In this document: piece after piece, positions 36,957 to 46,746 of the stretch
How the letters are laid out: each line of letters begins with the position of its first letter
Numbering within the stretch: the stretch's first letter is position 1
Source of the DNA: Patescibacteria group bacterium
GTDB lineage: Bacteria > Patescibacteriota > Patescibacteriia > UBA9934 > GWF2-40-263
Assembly (NCBI GenBank): GCA_038065075.1
Contig: JBBTRQ010000014.1
Coordinates: forward strand, 1 to 51,631
Direction of reading: 5' to 3'
Length of the DNA stretch: 51,631 nt
Notes under the pieces: model-generated
The model's database searches: none
Seen by the model: only the letters and a program-made list of their open reading frames with translations
What the model was told of the DNA's origin: nothing
Position numbers and translations under genes: made by a program

Positions 36957-38237
36957 ATGAAATTCACCTCCACGCACGCTTTGGTCCACGCATCCGATGT
37001 CTCGGCTCACGCTCAGAAACTCGAGCCGTATCGCCAGCGTCTGGCGGCCATCGCTAAAGAAACGGACTACAAAGATCCTGAGTCCTCCCTCCAACTTCCG
37101 GGAGATGCCAAACAGCTGAAAGAAATCCAAAAAACGGTAAAACGCCTCCACTCGCCAACCTTGCAATACGTCATCATCATTGGCATCGGTGGATCAAACC
37201 TTGGGACGCAGGCCGTCTACGAGGCGATCGCCGGATCGATGAACCTCCTCGTCGACCGGCTTCCCAAACTTTTATTCCTGGACACCGTCACGGATGAAAA
37301 GATGACCGCGGTCACGCGCGTCTTGGAACACCTCATCAGTAAAGAGGACTTCTTGGCGATTGTGATCAGTAAATCAGGTACCACCACGGAAACCATCGCC
37401 AACATGGAAGTGCTCTGGGCGTTCGCAGATGAACACTTCGGCGGTGCGAGCGATCGGTTTGTTTTTCTTACAGATGAGGGCTCCAAATTCGGGGAAGCCA
37501 TTAAGCAACGCCCCATTGAAACGCTCCCTATTCCGCCGCAGGTCGGTGGACGATTCAGCGTGTTCTCTGCCGTGGGACTTCTGCCACTGGCGCTCGCGGG
37601 CATCAACATCGAGGAACTCCTCGACGGCGCGCGCAGGGCGGTCGTCGATGGAACGTCCAAGAACCCTTCCAAAAACCACTCGCTCATGAGCGCCTGCCTG
37701 ACGTATCAGAACCTCCAGGCTGGCCGCCCCATCCACAACACATTCCTCTTCTCACCCAAACTGGAAGGGCTTGGAAAATGGTATCGCCAGCTCATGGCCG
37801 AAAGTTTGGGCAAGGACGGCAAAGGAATGACACCCATCGTCTCGATCGGCTCGACTGACCTTCACTCCCAGGCTCAACTCTACTTCGCCGGTCCCGACGA
37901 CAAATTCACGAATCTTGTTTTCTCGTTCACGGGAGCGGTTCACCGTATTCCCGCACATCTGGCTATTCCTGGTCTTGTCGCAGACATCCAAGGCACATCG
38001 CTAGAGCACATCATGCAAGCCATCTACGGCGGGGTGAAAGCGGCGTATGAAAGGTTGAAGCGCCCCTATGTCGAGATCGATCTGGAGACGGCCGATGCCC
38101 GCGAGCTAGGATATTATCTTCAGTTCCGAATGCTCGAAATGATGTACCTGGGCAAGCTGTTAGAAGTAAACACGTTCGACCAACCGTCCGTGGAGATGTA
38201 CAAGTCGGTCACGCGTGAACTTCTCAAGAAGCACTAG
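36957..38237 (+). CDS. pgi: Glucose-6-phosphate isomerase
   Basis: GIGGSNLG, SKSGTTTET, VGGRFSV, QLMAESLGK, DLHS, FDQPSVE. Confidence 0.95.
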   Translation: MKFTSTHALVHASDVSAHAQKLEPYRQRLAAIAKETDYKDPESSLQLPGDAKQLKEIQKTVKRLHSPTLQYVIIIGIGGSNLGTQAVYEAIAGSMNLLVDRLPKLLFLDTVTDEKMTAVTRVLEHLISKEDFLAIVISKSGTTTETIANMEVLWAFADEHFGGASDRFVFLTDEGSKFGEAIKQRPIETLPIPPQVGGRFSVFSAVGLLPLALAGINIEELLDGARRAVVDGTSKNPSKNHSLMSACLTYQNLQAGRPIHNTFLFSPKLEGLGKWYRQLMAESLGKDGKGMTPIVSIGSTDLHSQAQLYFAGPDDKFTNLVFSFTGAVHRIPAHLAIPGLVADIQGTSLEHIMQAIYGGVKAAYERLKRPYVEIDLETADARELGYYLQFRMLEMMYLGKLLEVNTFDQPSVEMYKSVTRELLKKH

Positions 38238-38761
38238 AGGAGGGAAAACGAATCGATGAGTGACTCAAACAAGACCGTATCTTGCTCGTAAGAAATAATG
38301 ATCAGCTTCCCCTCAGAAGAAAGGACAACCAATCTGGCGGGAGAGACCGCCGTTCCCGTCCCCTGTAAGAAAATCGCTTGCGTCCCGACAAATTCACCGA
38401 CCCGTTGCGCCGCGTCTCCCGTCGGATAAAAGAAGGAAAGATTTTGCGTGAGCCATTCGTGGGGGGTGCGACTGTCCTCAACACCCCGCACCGTAAAAAA
38501 GTTTGTCTCGCCATCGACCAGGAACACAACATCCGAATCCTCATCAGCCGCCACGGCCGTCTGCTCGGAAGTGAGGCCATAGAGTGTTGTCCCCTCGGGA
38601 ACCTGGAGCGTGTAGCCAAAACGGGTGTTCCGGTACCCGTTTTCTTGTACCTCAAAAGAACCGGAAGAGTCTGGATCGACGACTTGTTCGACCGCCGAAG
38701 GAGCCACTCCACATCCGGAAACGAGGAGGAAACCAGCTAAAAAAATCAAAGCACGTTTCAT
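38234..38761 (-). CDS. Hypothetical lipoprotein
   Basis: Lipobox-like LLVSGC after the signal peptide. Confidence 0.75.
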   Translation of the reverse strand: MKRALIFLAGFLLVSGCGVAPSAVEQVVDPDSSGSFEVQENGYRNTRFGYTLQVPEGTTLYGLTSEQTAVAADEDSDVVFLVDGETNFFTVRGVEDSRTPHEWLTQNLSFFYPTGDAAQRVGEFVGTQAIFLQGTGTAVSPARLVVLSSEGKLIIISYEQDTVLFESLIDSFSLL

Positions 38762-38789
38762 ACAAACAGGGATATCCCCTATTCTATCA

Positions 38790-38818
38790 TTGACAGATTC
38801 ACGAAACTATGGGACAAT
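38790..38818 (+). promoter_or_regulatory. Sigma70-like promoter
   Basis: TTGACA-N17-GACAAT with an upstream TG. Confidence 0.6.
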
Positions 38819-38901
38819 CGAGGCGGTTCTCTTGTTAGGTTATAATAAGAGGTACCGCTCTTAAGTCACCGAGCCAAACGGCTCACTTGTCACTTCTTAT
38901 T

Positions 38902-39156
38902 GTGAACAACAAGTTATTTGTCGGCTCCCTGCCATGGGGTGTCGACGATGCCCAGCTCTCCGAGATGTTCTCGGCGCACGGCAGCGTCGTCTCCGCTCGC
39001 GTCATCACTGACCGCGAGACAGGTCGCTCACGCGGATTCGGCTTCGTCGAATACGCAGATGAAGCGACGGCACAGGCCGCCATGGAAGCCCTTGATGGCA
39101 CCATGATCGAGGGTCGCGCGATCAGCGTCTCCTTCGCACGTCCAAAGGCTGAGTAA
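38902..39156 (+). CDS. RRM RNA-binding protein
   Basis: RNP2 LFVGSL, RNP1 RGFGFVEY; likely GTG start. Confidence 0.95.
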   Translation: MNNKLFVGSLPWGVDDAQLSEMFSAHGSVVSARVITDRETGRSRGFGFVEYADEATAQAAMEALDGTMIEGRAISVSFARPKAE

Positions 39157-39226
39157 TCAGTTTACGGATACAAAAACCGCCTCGGTTCGCCGGGACGGTT
39201 TTTGTATTAGCGATGTCTATAATCCA

Positions 39227-40051
39227 TCACCCGAGCGCTTCGTCCATTCCCAGAATACCTACGATGGCAAAAATGAGTCCGGTCAGGATGATCACTATGG
39301 CGATTGCGCGAGCCGGCCAGCCGTAGACTTCGACGGTCTCGACATCAAAACCCGAAACCTTTTTGTTGATCCAACCGATCACGCCTTCGAGCAAGAACCA
39401 GAGCGACCCGAACGTCCATCCCAGCCAAACGAAGAACATCCCTTTGGTAAACAACGCCAGAACGATGACGAGCATTCCCCAGGCACTCCAGCGCTGTACG
39501 CGAGAAAGAACGTCGACGAGACGCTGGTGTGAGGATGGCAGGCGCGTCATGGCCTCGAGTTTAGCCGCGTGGCGATCCTCTGGCGCGAGAATGGCGAACC
39601 GCGGATCCTGCGGATCGATCTGTGCCTGGCGGATCGCCTCCCATTGCGCGGGCGTGAGACGCTTCATGTACTTGAGAGAAAAGCTGTTGAGCAAACCCAG
39701 CGCGAGGAAACCGCGTGACTGGTTGTCGGGATTGTTGGTGTACGGCAATCGCCAGCCCTCTTGATACTTGAGCGCGCCAACGCCGATCGCCAGTCCCAAA
39801 AGCGCGGCAATGAGACCGACGACAAAAGCGGAAACATCGGGAATATCCAATGCCGCCAAATACCCCAGCGCGAAAAAGACAACGACGAATATGGCCGTGA
39901 TCGCCATACCGGCACGGCGAGCCTGCGCGCGCTGGCGAGCGTACATGTACAAGACATACTTCTCCGGCTCGATGCGCTGCTCCTCCAAGAGCTTGCGCAC
40001 ACCGGCCGTATCGAGCAAAACGGGAGTGAATTGATCTGCGATGGTTGGCAT
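39227..40051 (-). CDS. Hypothetical membrane protein
   Basis: About five hydrophobic segments; TATAAT-like -10 upstream (40094-40099, minus strand). Confidence 0.7.
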   Translation of the reverse strand: MPTIADQFTPVLLDTAGVRKLLEEQRIEPEKYVLYMYARQRAQARRAGMAITAIFVVVFFALGYLAALDIPDVSAFVVGLIAALLGLAIGVGALKYQEGWRLPYTNNPDNQSRGFLALGLLNSFSLKYMKRLTPAQWEAIRQAQIDPQDPRFAILAPEDRHAAKLEAMTRLPSSHQRLVDVLSRVQRWSAWGMLVIVLALFTKGMFFVWLGWTFGSLWFLLEGVIGWINKKVSGFDVETVEVYGWPARAIAIVIILTGLIFAIVGILGMDEALG

Positions 40052-40106
40052 ATATTGGTATACACGCTGCACTTTAACAGTTGCACGAGATTCATTATAC
40101 CCCATT

Positions 40107-40131
40107 CGGACGGACATCGAATGTCCGTCCG
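40107..40131. repeat. Perfect palindrome CGGACGGACAT-CGA-ATGTCCGTCCG
   Basis: 11-bp arms, intergenic, overlapping the expected -35 position of the 40051 gene. Confidence 0.65.
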
Positions 40132-40219
40132 GCTTGGCGTTTGTGCACCTACCACCGCGCTCTCACATAAGAAAAACCAGCGGGCGTGCCGCTGGGCGTG
40201 GGATGATGTCGACCTCTGT

Positions 40220-41221
40220 CTAATCGGCGAAGAACTCTCTGATCGCTTCCTCGATCGGACGGTACGGCCGGCCGGCCAAAAGCTCTTGCTGCGCCCGCTG
40301 TGCGCGAAACTCAATCCCCTGCAGCAGGGTGCGAATTTGGTCGCGCGTGAGTCCCCAAGGCGGCTCGATCTTGAACGCACGGCCTACGGGCTCGATGACC
40401 GAGGCAACGGCCATGAGCAGCCAGTCAAACGGGAAGTTCCACTTGTGATGCGTCTGCCTCCCCAGGCGCGCTCGGGCGACCATGTCGTGGATCTCGCCCA
40501 AGTCGTGAATGCCTCCGCCGACCAGGTAGTCGCGACCGACCGCCTCCGACAGGCACAGAGCACCCCAGATCGCATCGACGACATCGAGCACATGCACCCA
40601 CGTCATTCGTCGGTGCGCGAGTGGTAGCATGGGCATACCGGTTCCGCCGCGCCACCACGTCGGTTCGGCAACCGCCTGAAGATATCGGCCTGATGCCTTG
40701 TCGTCCCCGGCGCCCAGCACAGAGGCCGGATACAGGATGCTCGCGCGCAGACCGCTGTCGCGCAGCGCGCGCACGCGCTCGTCGCCAAGCGCCTTGCTGT
40801 AGCCATAGTCGCTCAATGCGGGTCCCGGAGGCGCGAGCTCATCGAACTCTCCCGCTTGCCGACCAAAGGCCGTGCAAGAACTGACGTGCACCGCGCGCAG
40901 GCCGCAAATCAGAGCCGCGTCCATCACGCCCTGCGCGCCCAGCACATTGATCGCGTAGAACGCGGCAAACGGCGCGAAGAAGCTATACAAGCCGGCGAGA
41001 TGAACCAGATGCGTGCACCCGCGCATGAGCTCTGCGAGGCGTTCCCTCTCCCAAAGGATATCGCCATCCACGATTGTCACGCGCTGACTCTTCAGATGCG
41101 CGCGCGCCGCTTGGGACTCGTCCGGCCGCACAAGGCAGACCAGCTCCACGTCCTCCAGCAACAGCCGCGCGACAAGGTGCCGGCCAATGAAACCCGTCGC
41201 GCCCGTCACGAAAATGCGCAT
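40220..41221 (-). CDS. NAD-dependent epimerase/dehydratase (extended SDR)
   Basis: TGATGFIG, HLAG, HVSS, YGYSK. Confidence 0.92.
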   Translation of the reverse strand: MRIFVTGATGFIGRHLVARLLLEDVELVCLVRPDESQAARAHLKSQRVTIVDGDILWERERLAELMRGCTHLVHLAGLYSFFAPFAAFYAINVLGAQGVMDAALICGLRAVHVSSCTAFGRQAGEFDELAPPGPALSDYGYSKALGDERVRALRDSGLRASILYPASVLGAGDDKASGRYLQAVAEPTWWRGGTGMPMLPLAHRRMTWVHVLDVVDAIWGALCLSEAVGRDYLVGGGIHDLGEIHDMVARARLGRQTHHKWNFPFDWLLMAVASVIEPVGRAFKIEPPWGLTRDQIRTLLQGIEFRAQRAQQELLAGRPYRPIEEAIREFFAD

Positions 41222-41325
41222 GAGCAACTCCCTCAGATTGGTGCGAGGTGGAGGATACCAACGTTGCAAAGACGATGCAAGAAAAGCCACCCGCTGAATA
41301 CGGGTGGCGAATGAACAATGAGTGG

Positions 41326-41726
41326 CTAAGTCGCGAGGGTTACCCCCTCGAGCTTCGCCAGAGTGCGGAAGATCTCCGAGCGAGCGAAGAGCTCCGGGAC
41401 AGAATGAGCGATCGTCTCGATCTGGCTTTCACCGGGAGCGAGAGAATCGACCGGCTTAAGGACGACGAACGTGTCACAGCCCAGGACCGTTGAGAGGCGA
41501 TGCGCGATGATGATCGCACTGGCTTCCTGCGCGACAAGGAGCTGGTCGATGCCAGCTTGGACAGCCGCTTGATTCTCGGCGTCCAGAGAAGACGTCGCCT
41601 CGTCGATGATCATGAACCGAGGACGCTTGATGGCCGCGGCACCAATCATGACGCGTTGTGCCTCGCCTCCGGAGAGCTTCATGCCGTTGCGACCAACACG
41701 CGTGTCGAGTCCGTGGGTGAGGCGCT
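41326..41726 (-). pseudogene. C-terminal fragment of an ABC exporter ATPase domain
   Basis: GLDTRVG..G.KLSGGEAQR, DEATSSLD, IAHRLSTV present; no Walker A, TM domain or start; abuts the sodB stop. Confidence 0.8.
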
Positions 41727-42308
41727 TTACACAAATTGACTCGCAACGAACTCCCAGTTCACGTGATCCCAGAAGCCGTTGATGAACGCCCCGCGGTCGT
41801 TGCGATGGTCGATGTAGTAGGCGTGCTCCCAGACGTCCAGCGTGAGAAGAGGCGTCTCGCTTGTCTGAGCGGGAGTCTGCGCGTCGTGGAATCCTTTCAC
41901 CGCGAGCTTGCCATCTGCCGTGCGCACAAGCCATGCCCAGCCAGAGCCGAAGTGCGTCGCGGCCACGTCGGTAAATTGATTCTTGAATTGCTCGAAGGAA
42001 CCAAAGTCTCGGTCGATGGCCGACGCGAGCTCTCCGGTTGGTAACGGCGACTCTGGCGACAGACAATTCCAGAAGTAACTATGATTGAAGTGCTGTGCCG
42101 CGAGGTTGAAAATTTTTTGGTTCTGACCTCGCGAGCCGGCAATCACTTCCTCGAGGCTTCGTCCTTCAAAATTGTTCCCGAGTACGGCGGCGTTCAACTT
42201 CTGTACATACCCGGCGTGATGTTTGCCATGGTGAAAATCAAACGTCTGCGCGCTCGTCCATGAACCGAAGGCGTTTTTGTCGAATGGAAGTTCTGGGAGG
42301 TCGAACAT
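41727..42308 (-). CDS. sodB: Superoxide dismutase [Fe]
   Basis: HHGKHH, AAQHFNH, FGSGWAW, DVWEHAYY. Confidence 0.93.
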   Translation of the reverse strand: MFDLPELPFDKNAFGSWTSAQTFDFHHGKHHAGYVQKLNAAVLGNNFEGRSLEEVIAGSRGQNQKIFNLAAQHFNHSYFWNCLSPESPLPTGELASAIDRDFGSFEQFKNQFTDVAATHFGSGWAWLVRTADGKLAVKGFHDAQTPAQTSETPLLTLDVWEHAYYIDHRNDRGAFINGFWDHVNWEFVASQFV

Positions 42309-42318
42309 AGGGTGAAGG

Positions 42319-43512
42319 TTAATCGAGTCCATTGTTAGTGATGATTGAACGGTACACGGCAACGGATGACCGAGCAACGCGACGACACGTGGCAAAATCG
42401 ACTTCAAAAAGTCCGAAGCGAGGAAAGAATCCATCTGACCATTCGAAGTTGTCCAAAAGCGACCAGTGGAAATAGCCGCGCAGATCGGTCCCTTCATTCA
42501 TGGCCCGATGCGCAAATCGGAGAGACTCGGTGAGATACCACGCTCGATGTCGATCGTCTTTATCCGCCAGTCCGTGCTCGGTGATATAGATCGGCTTGCC
42601 ATATCGCTTGAGACCTTTCAAGACTCGATACAGTCCTTCTGGATAGAGTTCCCATCCTAAATCTGAAACGATCTTCTCCTGCTTCCCGAGTTTGAAATCG
42701 ACTGAATTGTGGAAGTAATAATTGAGTCCGATGAAATCCTGATGACGGCACACACGATTGAGGAACCACTCGTTCCAGAAGTACGTCGAGGCTCTCGCGA
42801 TGAGCCGGTTCACAATCCACGGCTGCTTGGCCGAGAAATGAATGTTGTGCTTGGCAAGGCCCACCTGCAGATTCGAATTGATCTTTTTGATGGCTTCATA
42901 CGCCTGCTTGTGCGCCTGGACGAGATGCCGAGCCACACGAATCGTCTTTCCTAAACTCCGTTCCTGCGGCGGCCACTTCCCCGAGTAGTAGGCGTTTGAG
43001 GCGTAGACGAGCGGCTCGTTGATCGTAATCCAAAACTTCACCTCCGAGCCAAGCACTCGAACAACGCTCTGCGAGAACGTCACAAAATCTTGGATCGTCT
43101 GTTTGTTGAGCCAGCCGCCCTGATCACGTACCCACAGCGGGAGCGGCCAGTGCCATAAGGTCACAAACGGCTCGATCCCCTCTTCTTTCAGTCGACGTAC
43201 AAAGAACGCATACCGCTTGATCACCGCTTCATCGAATTGCCCGCGCTCAGGCTCAATGCGAGACCACTCGAGAGAAAACCGATAACTATTTACTCCCAGC
43301 TCCTTGAGACACTTCACGTCTTCCTCAAACTGATTCCATGAGTCACACGCCGCGCCCGAAACAAATTCCTCAGGATTCTTTCCTTCCTGTCGCAAGGACG
43401 CCTGTCGGTCTATCGATGTCTCCCACTGCGACCAATCGTTCACGGTGTTCCCCTCAATCTGGTGCGCGGATGTCGAACAGCCCCAATGAAACCCTTTTGG
43501 AAAATGATTCAT
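42319..43512 (-). CDS. Glycoside hydrolase family 1 (beta-glucosidase-like)
   Basis: FPKGFHWG..TSAHQIEG, TINEP, ITEHG, WSLLDNFEW. Confidence 0.95.
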   Translation of the reverse strand: MNHFPKGFHWGCSTSAHQIEGNTVNDWSQWETSIDRQASLRQEGKNPEEFVSGAACDSWNQFEEDVKCLKELGVNSYRFSLEWSRIEPERGQFDEAVIKRYAFFVRRLKEEGIEPFVTLWHWPLPLWVRDQGGWLNKQTIQDFVTFSQSVVRVLGSEVKFWITINEPLVYASNAYYSGKWPPQERSLGKTIRVARHLVQAHKQAYEAIKKINSNLQVGLAKHNIHFSAKQPWIVNRLIARASTYFWNEWFLNRVCRHQDFIGLNYYFHNSVDFKLGKQEKIVSDLGWELYPEGLYRVLKGLKRYGKPIYITEHGLADKDDRHRAWYLTESLRFAHRAMNEGTDLRGYFHWSLLDNFEWSDGFFPRFGLFEVDFATCRRVARSSVAVYRSIITNNGLD

Positions 43513-43514
43513 AT

Positions 43515-44267
43515 CTAGACGTCGATGGTTGCCGAAAGGGCGAGGTGGTCAGAGACACCCTCGTCGTATTGCCTATGTTCAAGCACCCTCAATAAGGAAC
43601 TCACAAACAGCATATCAACAACGGCCGTAGCAAACCCAGGGTTGGTCTTGTGCCTCATGTTGAACGAGGTGATGCGGTTGTCTGGCTTGAAGACGTTCAC
43701 GAGATGCTCCTCGATAAGACTAATCGTTTTTGTTTTCTCCTGAACGTTTAAATCTCCAGCGAGGACGACCTCTTGAAACGGCGCGACGGCATCGACGATC
43801 GTCTGCGCCATCATCAATCGTCGCTCGTTGTCGTCGCCATCTTTTCCCCACACACCCTGCGTGTTGAATACCTGGAGCACCCGGCCACCAACCTCGACAG
43901 CGGCGCGTTGTAAATTGCGCGGCGTTGTCTCGAAGTACTCAGGCTTGTCCTCCCGCTCCCCATACGGCTGGTCGTAGAAATACACCTGGCTGTCGACGAT
44001 CGGAAACTTCGACAAAATCGCATTCCCCTGCTCAACCTTCCCAAAGTCCGTGCGCTCAAGGAACGCCGGCGCGAAATGCTCATGGGGATACCCGAGCTTC
44101 TCGCGTAGCACATCCATCGATCGGAACTTCCGCTCCCAAGTTCCGTGTCCGTCGTAGACTTCTTGCAACAACACGACGTCGGCATCCTCACGCTTGAGAA
44201 ACGCCAAAATTTCGTCCATCAGATTTCCTCCTTGCCAGAGATTCAAGCAGATAATTTTCAGCTTCAT
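43515..44267 (-). CDS. Endonuclease/exonuclease/phosphatase (EEP) family protein
   Basis: LN, LQEV, GNAILSKFP, AGDLN, VSDH. Confidence 0.9.
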   Translation of the reverse strand: MKLKIICLNLWQGGNLMDEILAFLKREDADVVLLQEVYDGHGTWERKFRSMDVLREKLGYPHEHFAPAFLERTDFGKVEQGNAILSKFPIVDSQVYFYDQPYGEREDKPEYFETTPRNLQRAAVEVGGRVLQVFNTQGVWGKDGDDNERRLMMAQTIVDAVAPFQEVVLAGDLNVQEKTKTISLIEEHLVNVFKPDNRITSFNMRHKTNPGFATAVVDMLFVSSLLRVLEHRQYDEGVSDHLALSATIDV

Positions 44268-44280
44268 AGGCCAGTCTAGT

Positions 44281-44448
44281 TTATTTCTTTAGTCCTGCTA
44301 GAATTTCTTCATTTTCTTGGTTGAACTCGCCCTTTCTTACGATGTACGGCAGGTGGTACCTCAACCATGGAACCGAACGTCCCTTCATCAAAATATTGGA
44401 AATGATGCTTTTCCCTGTGCGAGGCGCACCACCAACGAGATAGATCAC
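44281..44448 (-). pseudogene. 55-aa P-loop kinase remnant (not in the ORF track)
   Basis: GTG start; MIYLVGGAPRTGKSIISNILMKGRSVPWLRYHLPYIVRKGEFNQENEEILAGLKK; intact Walker A but too short for the fold. Confidence 0.6.
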
Positions 44449-44468
44449 AGAGCAGTATTATGCCACAC

Positions 44469-45917
44469 TTACATCAATAAGAAATACGAAAACGGGATCA
44501 ACAAAACTTTTTCATCCTTGGAAAGCGAAAGCTCGCGCGAGGAGATGACGACACCACGACTGATGCCGCGATCTTTCATTGATTGTGCTACTTGTGCCGT
44601 ACCCTTTTCTCCATTCCCAACCTCGATAGCGACCTCCTGTCCATTCAGTAACTGCAAAATGAAATCAGCTCCCCCTTGAGAGGGATCGTAAAGGAGTGTT
44701 CCTGCGCGTTTGGAAGCAAATTCCCGATAAAGGTGCAGAGCAACGAGATCCTCCCAGTACTTACCGCGCCGAGTGGCCATCGTGCCATCTGAACCAGCGA
44801 TGCTCAAAAGCGAAGCTCGCAACGCCGGGCTCATGAAGCAATACTTGGTTGGCTTCTTGATCGAACTTGTGGCAGAGCCATACGGAGGAATTTTGATTAA
44901 ACACTCTGCATCTTTCAAAACTTCAAGAGCACCCGCAAGGGTTGTTCCATTCGCTCCGATCAAGGCCGCGAGTTTGGAAACCGCCAGCGTGTCATTTGCA
45001 TCAGCGAGCAAATACAGAAGCCGACGCATCATCGCAATCGTTTCGATTTTCAAACTCCCGATACGAGGAACATCCGTGTTGATGATTTTGTCGATCAAGG
45101 TGTTGAGTGCTTCGTACACCTGATTCTTGTCTGGATAGTTGAGAGCAAAAGGAAACGTACCGACTTCAAGATAGTGGTTAATGTCCAATTCATCGACCTT
45201 CGACCAATACTGGGCAATCTTACTTTCAATGGACTTGAGGAAGGCAAACGATTCGACAACAGGTGCAGGGCCATAAACTGCACTTCGGATTTCTTCCTTC
45301 AATCCTTTAACTGGGGCGATGCCGTGATGAATCATCTCGTACTCCGTGAAGTTCATCGGGTAAAGACGTTCGAGCGTCGAACGGCGGGTCACATCGGGAT
45401 TTGATCGCAACTCCAAGGCGGACGAACCAGTACAAAAAATAAACACCTGCTTGGACTTATCAAAGAGTGCTTTAAGAACAACACCCCACTTCGGGTCATA
45501 TTGCGCCTCGTCAATGAAAAGGAGGATCGGCTTTTGTTGTTTCTCAAAAGACACACCCAGCACAACCTCGTATGCTTCGATAATTTCTCTAAGCGAAAGA
45601 TCAAGGTTCTCAATCGCATCGTCGAGCGAAACGAATAAGGCGTGGCTTTTCGGCAAGCCCATTTTTTTGAACTCAGCCAGAACCTCAAAGTAGGTTTGAG
45701 CCATGATCGTTGTTTTTCCGACACCACGCAGACCCGGCATGATCACCCAGCGCTGATCAGATTTTTTGCCGAGAAACCCATTGTAGTATTGTCGGATCTT
45801 TACGATGATGTTGCGAGTATTGTTTCTCATCCCTTTGGGATTCTTAATATAGCCCTCTAGACGGGCTTCGGTTCGAACAAGTTGATTTTGGACGTAATTT
45901 AACGCTTCTTGGCGCAT
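44469..45917 (-). CDS. AAA_14 plus DUF4143 ATPase with C-terminal PD-(D/E)xK-like segment
   Basis: GLRGVGKTT, IDEAQY, TGSSAL, LYPMNF.EY, G.FP, ADF...IEVG. Confidence 0.88.
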   Translation of the reverse strand: MRQEALNYVQNQLVRTEARLEGYIKNPKGMRNNTRNIIVKIRQYYNGFLGKKSDQRWVIMPGLRGVGKTTIMAQTYFEVLAEFKKMGLPKSHALFVSLDDAIENLDLSLREIIEAYEVVLGVSFEKQQKPILLFIDEAQYDPKWGVVLKALFDKSKQVFIFCTGSSALELRSNPDVTRRSTLERLYPMNFTEYEMIHHGIAPVKGLKEEIRSAVYGPAPVVESFAFLKSIESKIAQYWSKVDELDINHYLEVGTFPFALNYPDKNQVYEALNTLIDKIINTDVPRIGSLKIETIAMMRRLLYLLADANDTLAVSKLAALIGANGTTLAGALEVLKDAECLIKIPPYGSATSSIKKPTKYCFMSPALRASLLSIAGSDGTMATRRGKYWEDLVALHLYREFASKRAGTLLYDPSQGGADFILQLLNGQEVAIEVGNGEKGTAQVAQSMKDRGISRGVVISSRELSLSKDEKVLLIPFSYFLLM

Positions 45918-45921
45918 ATCC

Positions 45922-45961
45922 AGTGTGGTATAAACAAACAACGGTTTATTTATACCACACT
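45922..45961. promoter_or_regulatory. Inverted repeat just upstream of the AAA gene start
   Basis: AGTGTGGTATAAA / TTTATACCACACT 13-bp arms plus inner AAAC/GTTT. Confidence 0.6.
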
Positions 45962-46091
45962 TGGAATAGAGTGGTAAGGGATAAAACTTACCCTATTTAA
46001 GGGGAATCTCCAGTCGATTTGTTTTTGTCTTCAAACACATGTAGATGGTGTGAAAACAAAAATCCTCCACAAAAAACTCGTGGAGGAAATT

Positions 46092-46165
46092 TGGCAGGGG
46101 CGCAGGGGCTCGAACCCTGAATAAAGGTTTTGGAGACCTTCGTGATACCATTTCACTACACCCCT
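46092..46165 (-). tRNA. tRNA-Trp(CCA)
   Basis: Minus strand AGGGGTG...AAGGT-CT-CCA-AA-ACCTT...GGTTCGAGCC...CGCCCCTGCCA. Confidence 0.96.
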
Positions 46166-46249
46166 ATGCGCCGGAATTATACAGGAACTTCCTCATTTGA
46201 AAAGGTACGGAACGCAAAAACCCGTAGCCCGACCTGACCCCAGAACTCG

Positions 46250-46375
46250 CTATTTCTTTCCAATGTATTTCACCAACGCGACAATTCCTAACACGACAAG
46301 GATCCAAAGCAGAAGAATCGTTACCGAACCGAACCCGGATCCAAAACCCATCATGCTTGAATAATAACCCATCAT
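46250..46375 (-). CDS. 41-aa single-TM small protein (not in the ORF track)
   Basis: MMGYYSSMMGFGSGFGSVTILLLWILVVLGIVALVKYIGKK. Confidence 0.7.
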   Translation of the reverse strand: MMGYYSSMMGFGSGFGSVTILLLWILVVLGIVALVKYIGKK

Positions 46376-46435
46376 AGAGACGCAAAAAAAATAAATTAGG
46401 AGTAATATGGAATTATTATACTCTTAATTATTTTT

Positions 46436-46639
46436 ATGCCTAAGCAAAACCTCGGAAAGCTCGACCGGATCCTTCGCTTCGCTCTCGCGTTTTGGTGGCT
46501 CGGTCCCTGGGCACCGATCTACTCCTCAGAGACTGTGAACTGGGTCATCTTCGTTGTCACATGGATTGCGCTCATCGAAAGTTTCACCGCTTGGTGCTGG
46601 CTCCATACCGCCTTCCACATCGACAACAAGAACCAATAG
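46436..46639 (+). CDS. DUF2892-family small membrane protein
   Basis: NLGKLDRILR, two TM segments, WC..H tail. Confidence 0.8.
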   Translation: MPKQNLGKLDRILRFALAFWWLGPWAPIYSSETVNWVIFVVTWIALIESFTAWCWLHTAFHIDNKNQ

Positions 46640-46746
46640 TCTCAACAGAAAAATAACCGGAGACGTCCGATTATTTTTTTATTTGTCTTTCACTTCAATC
46701 ACCCAGAGGTCTCGTCTATAGATTCCATGATAAACTGACATGGCTT

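Noticed and set aside
41727-42066. N-terminal part of the 41326-42066 ORF
   Set aside because: Off-frame overlap with sodB; ABC similarity starts only after the sodB stop
46164-46385. 73-aa ORF from the track
   Set aside because: The alternative-frame 41-aa TM peptide at 46250-46375 is more protein-like
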